Below the pieces are notes generated by a model. It did not search any database. It saw nothing but the letters and a program-made list of their open reading frames with translations, and was not told where the DNA came from. A stretch of DNA of 64,000 nucleotides from NCBI RefSeq assembly GCF_963921235.1, contig NC_086122.1, positions 26,970,001 through 27,034,000 of the forward strand, given 5' to 3'. Positions 51,043-63,310 of this stretch are shown piece by piece (within the stretch, counting starts at the first letter, position 1; each line of letters begins with the position of its first letter). The position numbers and the translations under genes are program-made. The stretch is from Mobula hypostoma. Its lineage: Eukaryota.

Positions 51043-51396
51043 GGCTGGCTGGGTGGAGGTATGCCTCTACCAAAGGAGGTGTAAGGTGCTTCTTCCCACC
51101 ACTAGCCTGCATGTCACCCTTGGGTAAGGTGTAGCACTTGCTTAGCCCCCCGATCAGGGTCACATGAAGCCATGGGAGCAGCTGGTGGATAGTTGCATGA
51201 GCAGCTGGTGCATATCACAAGTCCTGGTTATGTGACCACTGACGCCAGGCAGACAGTCTCCAAAGAGCATTGATAATGGCTAGAGTCAACTCAGAAGAAG
51301 GCAATGGCAAAGCACTTCTGTAGAAAAATTTGCCAAGATTAATCATGGTCATGAGACAATGATCATCTAAGGTACATGACATGGCACATAATGAAT
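51043..51396 (+). mobile_element. RTE/BovB-associated SINE
   Basis: gaagaaggcaatggcaaa.cacttctgtag...ttgccaaga motif; 3' acgacacggcacataatgaa-type end. Confidence 0.75.
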
Positions 51397-51644
51397 GTGC
51401 AAAAGTGCTTCTTTAGGAAGATTACCATTTATTAACCATAACAAGATGGTGTTGAGATTGCTTCTTGAGATTTGAGGAAGTGACTTCCATATTGCATCTT
51501 CAAGAATGTTGATCCAATGAAAGTGACAGAATGGTAATACTGTATGTAGGCATATTCATTTGTGGGAGTGGAAACAGTTTCAACTATATTAACATCTTAT
51601 TTTTTAAAAACATTTAATACTGTGAATAATGTTTTGCCCGATAC

Positions 51645-54600
51645 TATGTTCCATCTGCCACCATCTCTGCCATTTTCTTGATCTGTCTAAGTTCTTCTAC
51701 AGAGTTCCTACTTTCTCAACACTACCTGCCCCTCCACCTATCTTTGTATCGTCTGCAAACCTAGCATATCACTGACATATAGTGTGAGAAGAAGTGGTCC
51801 CAACACCAAATTCAGGGGAACACCACCAGTCACCGACAGCCAACCAGGAAATTCCCCCTTTATTCTCACTTTTTGCCTGCTGCCAGTTAGCCAATCTTCT
51901 ATCCATACTAGTATCTTTCCTGTAATACCATGTGCTCTTAACTTGCTAAGCAGTCTCTCTCTTGTGCACTATCTTGTCAAAGGCCTTCTGAAAATCCAAG
52001 TAAACAACATCCACTCACTCTCTTTTGTCTATCCTGCTTATTATTTCACCAAAGAATTCCAACAAGTTTGCCAGATAAGATATCCCATTAAGGAAACCAT
52101 GCTGACTTTGGCCTATTTTATCATGTGCCTCCAAGTACCCCAAAACCTTATCCTTAGTAATGCACTCCAAGATCTTCCCAACCTCCTAAGTCAGGCTTAC
52201 TGGCCTATAACTTCCTTACTTCTGCCTTCCTCTTTTCTTAAAGAGTGGAGTGATATTTGCAATTTTCCCGTCCTCCGGAACCATTTCAGAATCTAGTGAT
52301 TCTTGAAAGATCATTACTAATGCCTCTACGATCTCTTCGGCTATCTCTTTTAGAACCCTGGGGTATAATCCATCTGGTCCAGGTGATCATTTATCTTCAG
52401 TTCTTTTAGCTTCTCTGCCCCCGATTCTCTTGAATTTCACGGTAAAGAGTGACATAAAATGCAAGTTTGTCCACAATTTCTTTGTCTCCATTGCCATTTT
52501 CCAGTGGTGTGATATCCACTCTTGCCTCTCTTTTACTCTTTATATGTCTGGAAAAACATTGCATATCCTATTTAATATTATTGGGTAGGTTTCTTTCATA
52601 TTCCTTCTTTTCCCTCTTTATGACTTTTTTAGTTGCCTTCTGTTGGTTTTTAAAAGCTTCCCAATCCACTATTTTTTGCTATATTACATGCCCTCTCTTT
52701 TGCTTTTGTGTTGTCTTTGACTTCCCTTATCAGCCACAGTTGCATCATCCTCCCTTTAGAATACTTCTTTATCGTTGGGATATATCTATCCTGCATCTTC
52801 CAAATTGCTTCCAGAAACTCCAGCTACTGGTGTTCTGCCGTCATCTTTGCCAGCGTCCCCTTGTAATCAACTTTGTCCAGCTCCTTTCTCATGCCTCTTT
52901 AATTCCCTTTACCCCACTGTAATACTAATGCATCTGACTTTAGCTTTTCCCTCTCAAATTATGGTGTGAATTCTATCATATGATGATCACTGACTCCTTA
53001 GAGTTCCTTTACCTTAAGCTCCTTGATCAAATCTGGTTCATCACACAACAGCCAATCTAGAATTGCCTTTCCCCAAGTGGGCTCAACTACAATCTGCCCT
53101 AAAAAATCTCATGGGCATTCTACGAATTCCCTGTCTTGGGATCCAGCACCAACCTGGTTTTCCCAATCCACAAGCATATTGAAATGCCCAATGATTATCA
53201 TATTTCCCTTTTTACATGCCTTTTTCTATCTCCCATTGTAATTTGTAGCCCATATCCTGGCTACTACTTGGAGGTCTCTAATTAATTCCCATCAGGGGCT
53301 CTCTCTCTCTCCATCTTATTTTACGGCGGTTGGCACCCAGCTTAATGGTGCATTACCGCCACCTTCTGCTCCGGAGTGTGCAATAGACTTACATTCTAAA
53401 TCCCTTCACCTAATCACACACCCACACATACCCTAACCTACACTTTATCCTCCCACCTTTGGCCATCCTTCTACATCTAACATTCGAAGGATTTTATTTT
53501 ATTTTTTGCCAAAAGAGCCACCCCGTCCCCTCTGCCTATCTGTCTGTGCTTTCAATACAATGTGTATCCTTGGGTGTTAAGCTCCCGACTATGATGTTTT
53601 TTTCAGCCATGACATCATAACTGCACTACAAGATCATCTACCTTATTCTATATACTGCGTGTATTCAAATATAACACCGTTAGTCCATTCTTCATCACTC
53701 TTTTCAATTTTGTCATGTTACACTTCAACTCAGCCCACTGACTGCAATTTTTCTCTATCATCTGCCTGTTCTTCCTCACAGTCTCACTACACATTGCATT
53801 GACTGCCTATCCTCAACTCTATCACTCCCGTTCCCGTCCCCCTGCCAAATTAGTTTAAACCCTTTTCTACAGCTCCAGCAAACCTGCTTGCCGGGATATT
53901 AGTTTCTCTCTTGTTCAAGTGTAAACCAACATTTTTTACAGGTCATACATTCCCCAGAAGAAATCCCAGTGTTCCAGAGATCAGAAATGCTCTCTTGCAC
54001 CAGTTCCTTAGCCATGCATTCATCTGCCAGATTATCCTATTCTTTCCCTCACTGGCATGTGGCACAGGTAGCAGTCCAGAGATTATTACCCTGGAAATCC
54101 TGCTTTTCGAGTTTCTGATTAATTCCCTATATTCTTTCTGCAGGACCTCTTCTCTTTTCCTATCTACGGCGTTGGTACCAAAATGTACCACAAACTCTGG
54201 CTGCACACCCTCCCCTGTTAGAATGCTGTGGGACCCACTCTGAGACATCCCTGACCCTCGCACCTAGGAGGCAATATACCATCCTTTCACATCTATAGGA
54301 TCTCCTGTCTGCGTCTCCCTAGGAATGGAATTCCTGAGCACAACTGCTCTCCTATTTTAAACACAAAATACTCTGCAGATGCTGGGGTCAAAGCAACACT
54401 CACAACACGCTGGAGGAACTCCGCAGGTCGGGCAGCATCCGTGGAAATGATGAGTCGATGTTTTGGGCTGGAACCCTTCGTCAGGACTGTAGGGGGAAGG
54501 AGCAGAGGCCCTATAAGGAAGGTGGGGGGAGGGTGGGAAGGAGAAGGCAGGTAGGTACCAGGTGAAAAACCAGTAAAGGGAAAGATAAAGGGGTGGGGGA

Positions 54601-55335
54601 GGGGAAGCAGGGAGATGATAGGCAGGAAAGGTGAAGAAAGAATAGGGGAAAGCACAATGGGTAGTAGAAGGAGGCGGGAGGGGGAGGGAATTACTTCCGG
54701 TAATTTCCTCCCTCTCCTTTCCTCTATCCCTATGTCACTCTGTCCCCTCCCCCAGCTGCCTATCACCTCCCTCATGGTTCCGCCTCCTTCTACTACCCAT
54801 TGTGTTTTCCCCTATTCCTTCTTCACCTTTCCTGCCTATCCCCTCCCTGCCTCCCCTCCCTCACCCCTTTATCTTTCCCCTTACTGGTTTTTCACCTGGA
54901 ACCTCCCAGCCGTCTCCTTCCCACCTTCCCCCCACCTTCTTTATAGGGCCTCTGCCCCTTCCCTTTGCAGTCCTGATAAAGGCTTCCGGCCCAAAACGTC
55001 GACCGATCATTTCCACGGATGCTACCTGACCTGCTGAGTTCCTCCAGCGTGTTGTAAGTGCTGCTCTCCTATTTTCCCTCCCACGTTCCCTTCTGTGCTC
55101 CTGAGGCAGACTGAGTGCTGAAGACCCAGTCGCTGTGACTGGCCCCTGGTAGGATCCCCCTCCACCAGTATCCAAAGTGTTACACTAATTATTGAGGGGA
55201 ACGGCGGCAGGGGTACTTTGCACTGGTTGCCTATTCCCTTACCCTCTCCTGACAGTCACTCAGATACATGCTCCCTACAAATTCTAGGTGACTGCCTCCT
55301 TGTAGCTCCTGTCCTTTACCTCATTCTCCCGTATG
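51645..55335 (-). mobile_element. Long decayed CR1 including the ORF1 esterase (SGNH-like) domain
   Basis: ORF 53943-54263(-) EGVQPEFVVHFGTN...VIISGLLPVP...MNAWLRNWC; EN/RT remnants toward 51645; interrupted by a Penelope palindrome. Confidence 0.85.
54359..55060. mobile_element. Large Penelope fold-back element (281-bp inverted arms)
   Basis: Arms 54397-54677 / 54780-55060 (about 28 mismatches by hand count); perfect 15-bp TSD ctgctctcctatttt at 54344-54358 and 55061-55075. Confidence 0.9.
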
Positions 55336-56308
55336 AAGTTCCTGTGTTTTAGATAATGATCTGGGTAAATGCAAAAGTCTATAGCAGTTTGTATTAATTA
55401 AAGGGCATCCAATGTAATCTCCAGGTTTCAATCAGCTTGTATTTAATATCAGGCACTCGTTCAGTATCCAGTTACTAACATGAGTTAGTTTTAATAATTT
55501 AATCTAGATTGTAAAAGGAAGCTCGAAAGTTAATCGTTTACCACCTACTGATTGTATTTATTAGCTGCTTTGGCAAGATCAGCAGCAGTTTTTATGTTGC
55601 CAGATGTTGAAGTCACTCTGCTAGCTTTGAGCTATTAAGGTTGTAAGCAGCCGGCCAGCAGGTATCATCAATAAAAGTCTGTGCAGACCTAGCAGCAATG
55701 AATGGTTGCTTGCAGTAAGTGGAAAGTCTTCATCTCGAAGAACCTCTCCTGTCTAAGTGAAATAAATATTGGGTAATATTTAAAGAATTAATGTATATTG
55801 TGTTGCTTTCTTGATCCTGGAGTTTTTAATTATTGTAACACAAAGAATTTTCATTGATATTTATTAATCCACACCTCGGCTTCAAAGGTTAATTTCTCTT
55901 GACGTGCATTTTTGATGCCTCTGTAACCTCAACATCATTCTAATAAAATAGGTCGGCCACTCAGACACCTTAATGCTGACACCAATGCCCCGAATGGGCA
56001 GGAGATAGTTCAATGAACAGGATGATTGGTGGCTGTAGCACCTACTGGAAAGACAAAATAGAATTAAAGCACCATCTTCATGGGTTTGAAATTGGTCATC
56101 AACAATGTGCAGGTCTAGTGCCTTATTGATTCTCCTCTGTGGGTAAATGAACATATTTTTCTACCAGATGTTGAAATCACTCTGCTAGCTAAAAGCCATT
56201 ATAGCTGTAAGGAGTAGATCAGCATGAACAGCCAATAAAAGACAATGCTTCCTGCTTGTAGTTAGTGAAATCCTTCTCCTTGAAGTATGGAGTCTATAGA
56301 CTAATATT

Positions 56309-56700
56309 TACTTACTTCCTGCCCATTATGCCACTGGTGTTTAGGGCAGTAATGAAGGTCCTCCATCTCTGGCGGTGTTCAGGGTTTCCTTCATTATGTC
56401 AGGAGCTTCCACTCGGTTTTCACTGCTGTCGATCTTGCAAGTCCTGGGTGGCGACTCAGCAATCCCGTTGCACTCAGATGTAGAAGGAATCTTCATTGCT
56501 GTTTCCATTACCGTTTTGCTTGACCAGTCAGCGTTGTTAGCCCTGAGCTGAACTCCCACACCTGGAGGACCTGTGGACCACTATTAACCTGTCTGGTGAC
56601 CCTACCAAGAGCCAAAGTATAAAGCCCAGACGCCAGCCAACATAGATCTCCGAGTCATAGGCACACAAACCCAACGACAAGATTGTGGTCCTCTTGGAGG
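56309..56700 (-). mobile_element. RTE (Rex3/Expander-like) non-autonomous element
   Basis: ttacttactt tail at the left; its 5' part matches 1-110. Confidence 0.6.
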
Positions 56701-56959
56701 AGACTCATATTTAAGTAGTTATTAAATATAATACACGCCCCAATGCTGAATCCTCATCAGTGTATATTCTGGAAGCTACAGAGTGGCCAAGGAGGACTTA
56801 TGCTTCGCCACCTTGGCCCTATTCTCAGAGGAAAACAAACTGATCCTCCTGGGCAACTTTACTGCCAGGCTCAGAAAAGCTGCAACCCTCTGGCATTGCA
56901 CAGCTGGCAAGGGCAGCGAGGAAAGGGAAATCTGATGCAGTCATTCTACTGGCATCAAT

Positions 56960-59460
56960 GTTGGAGCATGATCTTGTCATAACCAGAACTCCTTTTACAT
57001 CAGAGAAACTGACACAAGACTTCCCAGTGATACTCCACTCATCCAGGTTTCGGCGTGGTTAGATTAGTCTGAGCTGCAAGGATGGCCACATCACCTGTGC
57101 TGTGTTAAGTAGCAGTGGTACTACCTAATCCATTCTGTTAACTCCACTGAGCTGGTCTGTTTTCTTGGAGGAAATTCAACCGCAACTTCACAACCTTACT
57201 TCCTACATTTGGGAAGAGAAGGACATGCCTCAGGAATGCTGTATTCATGATTACCATCAAGGCAGGAGACCATTCAATGGTAGTATCTATAGAGAGGTCT
57301 CCTTGTGCTCTGTAACAGGGAAACGTCATTGCAAGGGCCCTTCTCAACTACCCTCTCCTAGAGGCTGAAGGGTTGTCCCTGAATGGCGGAGTGAATTCTG
57401 TACATTTTCAGGCACATTGGACATGCCAACTCCAAGAATAATCCAAAGAGTTGCATCAACCATTTTACAAGGTCTATTAAACCTCATAACAGCCTTTGAC
57501 TCCATCAATTGAGAAGGTTTGTGCTACATCTTATTCAAAATTTAGCTGGCTGTAGAAATTTCTCTCCATGTTAAATCTCCAACTTGGTAGTAAGTGAGCA
57601 ATAATCATAAGGAAGTACCCAACACAACAAATGTTGGTGCTGACTGACGTCAAGCAAGCCTGTACCTTCACACAAAAGCTGTGCCTTCTTCATTCCCTCT
57701 TCCTGCAATGCCGTACCTCACTTCCAACTTGTTTCCCATGAGAATGGGGCCATTTACGTGACAAATAGTAAAATCTTCAACGTGAATCGCCCTCCACTCT
57801 CAGTTAGGGTCATCCTTCAAGCAGGAGGACTCAGGCAAATCTTGCACGTGTCCATGTTCTGAAGCTGAGCTCCAGGTTAACTCACACAAATATGTGAGCC
57901 ATACCCTAAACATCCACAGAACAAAGGCTGCCTCCTTTGTACAACACCTCCGCAAAATAATGAAGGTATGTGACAACACACTGCATAATGTGAGCTACTT
58001 CACATATGAGGAAACACCTCTCAGTCAAATTCACCATTGCCTTCAGTGTGGCTGTATAAGACCATAAGACAAAGGAGCAGAAGTCGGCCATTCAGCCCAT
58101 CGAGTCTGCTCCGCCATTTTATCATGAGCTGATCCATTCTCCCATTTAGTCCCACTCCCCCGCCTTCTCACCATAACCTTTGATGTCCTGGCTACTCAGA
58201 TACCTATTAATCTCTGCCTTAAATACACCCAATGATTTGGCCTCCACTGCTGCCCGTGGCAACAAATTCCATAGATTCACCACCCTCTGCCTAAAAAAAT
58301 TTCTTCGCGTCTCTGTTCTGAATGGGCGCCCTTCAATCCTTAAGTCATGCCCTCTCGTACTAGACTCCCCCATCATGGGAAACAACTTTGCCACATCCAC
58401 TCTGTCCATGCCTTCCAACATTCAAAATGTTTCTATGAGGTCCCCCCTCATTCTTCTAAGCTCCAAGGAATACAGTCCAAGAGCAGACAAACATTCCTCA
58501 TATGTTAACCGTCTCATTCCCGGAAGCAGAATTAGGCCATTTGGCCCATTGAGTCTGCTCAGCCATTCAATCATGGCTGATCCTTTTTTTCCCCTCCTCA
58601 GCCCCACTCCCCAGCCTTTCCCTGTAACCTTTGATGCCATGTCCAGTCAAGAACCTATCAATCTCTGCCTTAAATACAGCCAACGACTTGGCCTTCACAG
58701 CTGCCTGTGGTAACTGATTCCACAAATTCACCACCCTCTGGCTAAAGAAATTTCTCCACGTCTCCGTTTTAAATGAACGCCCCTCCATCCTGAGGCTGTG
58801 CCCTCTTGTCCTAGACTCCCCCACCATGGGAAACATCCTTTCCACATCTACTCTGTCTAGGCCTCTGGATAAGGAAGAGAATATCTGATGACCAAAAAGT
58901 CAGACTCAACACCGAGCTAATGATCTACCCAACTGCAGTGATCTGGCTTCTGACATGGACTATAAACGGGAATCCCTTCAAAGCACCAGAGAGATACATC
59001 TGTAAGATCCTCCATATCTCGGGAACCAATGTCAGTGTCCTCTCCCAGGCCAATATCCCCAGCACTGATGGCTCTTTGCTCCAAAGGGCAGGCCACATCA
59101 CCTGAAGCCAGGCAGCTGAAGCAGACACTCTATTCAGAGCAAGAGATTACCAGGTGCACAGAGGAACAATTCAAAGGTGTTTTCATAACTTCCCAGAAAA
59201 AGGCTTCATGGGAATCCCTGGCCCACCCCCACCCACCCACCCCCTTAAAATGAAGAAGCATCTCTCAGGATGGCATTAAGAATCACAAATCTATTCATTA
59301 GAAGCACATGGACACCCAGTATAAACAACAGAAGAAACATACTGACCCATTCCCCAGCTGTTTAAAAATCTCCTCCCCCACTTGCAGTAATGTTCTCAGT
59401 TTCCAGATTGCCTCCATCAGCCACTTTGGAACCTACAAAACTGGAGAAGGAGCAATGTTG
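56960..59460 (+). mobile_element. Highly decayed RTE-BovB-like LINE, interrupted by tandem CR1 fragments
   Basis: AFDSIN.EGL..IL remnant near 57490; LMIY.TAVI...TWT...CKILHI..TNVSVLSQANIPS...AGHI at 58920-59105. Confidence 0.6.
58056..58864 (-). mobile_element. Two tandem CR1 3' fragments
   Basis: ORFs 58146-58421, 58422-58640 and 58567-58845 with TRGH/RRNFF.QRVVNLWN; junction near 58525. Confidence 0.9.
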
Positions 59461-59509
59461 TTGAAGATGACTTTTTAAATTTAATATTTTTATGTATATC
59501 TGCATAATC

Positions 59510-59872
59510 TGGGTGGCGGGGTGGAGATACGTCTCTACAAAAGGAGGTGTACGGTGCTCCTACCCTCTGCCAGCATGCAGGTCACCCTTGGGCAAGGTGT
59601 AGCACCTGCTTAGCCCCCAATCAGGGTCATATGGAGCCATGGGAGCAGGTGGTGGATGGTCATATGAGCAGCTGGTGCAGATCACAAGTCCTGGTTATGT
59701 GACCACTGATGCCAGGCAGACAATCTCTGAAGAGTATTGATAACGGCTGGGGTCATCCAGCTTGAAGAGACACTGACAAATCACTTCTGTAGGAAAATTT
59801 GCCAAGAACAATCATAATCATGGAAAAACCAGGATTGCCCACGTCAGACGACACGGCACATAATGAAAGAAC
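59510..59872 (+). mobile_element. RTE/BovB-associated SINE
   Basis: Third full-length copy; the start of a fourth copy's tail lies at 63974-64000 (-). Confidence 0.75.
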
Positions 59873-61256
59873 GGTCTTCTCCAGCCTCCTGGGAGTTGAT
59901 CTAAGCTGAGAATGGGGTTTTGAAATGAATCTCTCTCCTTGTCTATTAAATAAAATTACAAAATAAGTTTTTTTTCCTCTTAGAAAAGCAAGTGTAATGT
60001 TGTTCTGTTTCTGGGATGTCAGTGAGTGCTGTGAGTGAGTGGATAGGTGGAGGAGATCTGACCACCCCCCCCGGCGTACATCAGGGAAACAAAATAAAGG
60101 CTATGAATCGTCCCTTCTCAGGAGTTCCAGAACATGGAAGGGATGGCATGATTTCACTATTTACACGACAGCTGCTTCGCTTGGAGGAAATCGACATTAA
60201 TTAAAATAACACAACGGAAAAGATAAACAGTGTTGGCAGATAATTAACTGGGAGCTGTGTTCAGCCTGTGCTGCGTTTTTGTAAACTCAAACTCCCAGGG
60301 ATGAAATGACAAAAAAAAAGGATTTTCTTTCCGCTTTTATACTGATTTTGAAATTATTTTGATGAAAGCTCTCCTTCCTATTCCACACTTTTGGAACTCA
60401 AGAGCTAGTAAGTTTTCTTTTAGATTATTCACTGTAGATTTTTTTGATGAAGGAAACCAATTTTTAGAGCATGGTCTATTGATCAGTTGTGACCTACTGT
60501 TTGCATTAATTCACTTATCGCTAAAAGCATTTTTTTCCCTGTAGTTTGGGTCTCTAGCACAGAGTTCTGAAGGGATGTCACAGAATGGGCATGTATACAA
60601 CTGAGAATAAGAGAGTTATGACAGGGAGCAGAAATACTTGCACAATTAAGCAGATCATTATGATTGTGAGGTAAATGCAATTGCTTCAGTGCATTTGAAA
60701 GTGTATCTTTTACCTTTTTAATTATTGTCGTTTAATCGTTCTTGAGATAATCCAAATTAGCAGGTGATTTAAAAATATGATTTATGTAATACAATTTACA
60801 GATTCTTTTGGCCAGATTATCTGTGCTGCGTGCTACCTTGTTCACTCCCTCCTGTCTCTCTGTATCTGTCACGTGGATTCCCAGTCTGAAAAGAAGAGAC
60901 CCAAAATCAGGTTTAATATCGTCAGCGTATGTCGTGAAATTTGTTAAATTTGTGGCAGCAGTACAATGCCATACATAATAATAGATGAAAAAACCTGTGA
61001 ATTACAGTATGAATATAAATAGTTAAATTAAATAAGTACTGCAGAAAAAAGGTAGTGAGGTGGTGTTTGTGGGTTCAATGTGCATTCAGAAATCGGATGG
61101 CAGAGGGGAAGATGCTGTTCTTGAATCACCGAGTGAGTGCCTTCAGGCTTCTGTATCTGCTCTCTGATGGTAGCAATGAGAAGAGGGCATGTCCTGGGTG
61201 GTGGGGGTCCTTAATGATGGACGCCGCCTTTTTGAAGTATCACCCCCTGAATACTA

Positions 61257-62112
61257 CATCGCCTCTGATCTGGGCCGACAATTACGTGCCAGGCAGCACC
61301 TAATTAATTAGCATGTTTATTTCGGCTTTTTTCTTAAAGATGTGCTGTGTGCCTCCCGGCTACCACTGCATTCTCCGCGAATCGTTATCTGTCCCTGGCC
61401 CAGGGGTTGGGGTGGTGGGACACTGGGGTGTCATCTCGTCGTCTGTTTCCATTAGAGCAGGCGGTTCATCTTCTCCTATGGCTGCCCGCCTCGATGTCGA
61501 AGGTCGAGGTTCGTCGTCTGCTGTGGCTGATGTGGAAGGCTTGCTTGACTGCTTAGCCTCACGCATTTTTAGATCATACAGTTCTTTGTAAGGACTCAAA
61601 CCATCCTGCAAATATGCCCTAAACCGACGTACCCTTTCAAAATTAAAGTCGTACTTTATCATTACTCATTCGGTTTTGATTGTTATTCTCTCCTCTTCCA
61701 ATTGCATCAGCTCTTCATCTATCAGTTCTTGGTCATGGGATGCCAAAACCTCTTCAACATCATCTTCATCAACTTCCATAAGCCAAACTCACTTTGTCCT
61801 TACTTCATTCACCATGATCGAAAAGCTTAATTATGTCCAGTTTTACGATAAGTGTAACACCCTTACGAGTTCTTTTAGGCTTTTCCAATACCTTAGGACT
61901 CATCTTGCTAATGGCTGCTCACAGGCACGTGTTTAAGCAATGCCGGTGAGAATGCCTTTCCGAATCCGGGGGAGAGCGGCTGCTCGGGGCGCGCGCTGCC
62001 TTTTTTCGTAACAGTGAAAACACCTTCTGTTAGCGAAAACAGGGAACTAATGTAGGTCTTTCGTAACAGTAAGGTTTCGTAAAGCGAACGTTCGAAAAGC
62101 CGGGGACACCTG
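61257..62112 (-). mobile_element. Tigger/pogo transposon fragment
   Basis: One TIR (cgaaaagccggggacacctg-TA); minus strand EVDEDDVEEVLASHDQEL.DEEL..LEEE and KYDFNFERVRRF...YKELY..K..EAKQ. Confidence 0.8.
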
Positions 62113-63310
62113 TATTTGGATTTTCAAAAGGCCTTCGATAAAGTGCCGCTTAAGAGGCTGCTTAATAAGATGAGAGCCCATGGAATTACAGGAAAGATAT
62201 TGGAATGGGTGGAGCATTGGCTGAAAGGCAGAAAGCAAAGGGTGGGAATAAAGGGATCCTATTCTGATTGGTTGCTGGTTACTAGTGGTGTTCCGCAGGG
62301 GTCATTGTTGGGGCTGCTACTTTTTGCAATGCATATCGATGAGTTAGATTATGGATTAAATGGTTTTGTGGCTAAGTTTGCGAATGACACCAAGATAGGT
62401 GGAGGAGCAGGAAGTGTTGAAGAAACGGAAAGGTTGCAGAGAGACTTGGTCAGTTTAGGAGAGTAGGCAAAGAAATGGCAGGTGAGATACAATATTGAGA
62501 AATGTACAGTTATACATTTTGGAAGAAGAAATAATTGGGCAGATTATTATTTAGATGAGGAGAAAATTCAAAAATCGTAAGTGCAAAGGGACTTGGGGGG
62601 TCCTCGTGCAGGATACCCTAAAGGTTAACCACCAAGTTGGATCGGCAGTAAGGAAAGCGAATGCTAGTTGGCATTCATTTCAAGAGGAATAATGTATAAG
62701 AGTAATGAGGTGTTGATGAAGCTCTATGGGGCACTGGTGAGACCTCATTTGGAATATTGTGTGCAGTTTTGGGCCCCCTATCTTAGAAGGGACGTTCTGA
62801 TGTCGGAGAGAGTTCAGAGAAGATTTACGAGGATGATTCCTGGAATGCAGGGGCTAACATATGAAGAGCGTTTGTCGGCTCTTGGACTGTATTCGTTAGA
62901 GTATAGAAGAATGAGAGGGGATCTCATAGAAACATTTCGAATGTTGAAAGGGTTGGACAGAGTAGATGTGGAAAGGCTGTTTCCCTTGGTGGATGAGTCC
63001 AGGACAAGAGGCCACAGTCTTAGAATTAGAGGGTACTCATTTAAAACAGAGATGAGGAGAAATTTTTTTCAGCCAGAGGGTCGTGGATTTATGGAATTCG
63101 TTGCCATATACAGCTGTGGAGGCCCGATCATTGAGGGTGTTTAAGGAGGAGATTGATAGGTATCTAATTAGTCAGGGTATCAAGGGATATGGGGAAAAAG
63201 TCGGAAATTGGAACTAGATGGGAGAATAGTTTAGCTCATGGTGGAGTGGCGGAGCAGACTCGATGGGCCGAATGGCCTACATCTGCTCCTTTGTCTTGTG
63301 ATCTTGTGAT
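62113..63310 (+). mobile_element. CR1 LINE RT to 3' tail (pseudogenised)
   Basis: DFQKAFDKVP, SGVPQGS.LG.LLF, KFANDTK, ALVRPHLEYCVQFWAP; stops and frameshifts; (tcttgtga)n tail. Confidence 0.92.

Noticed and set aside
58180-58713. 177-aa plus-strand ORF (likewise 51784-52296 and 42685-43074)
   Set aside because: Antisense shadow of CR1 coding sequence.
59510-59620. HDV-like ribozyme at the 5' end of the RTE SINE (GGGUGGC/GUCACCC helix, aggtg/cacct hairpin)
   Set aside because: No P3/L3 sits immediately before P1', so the double pseudoknot cannot be built.
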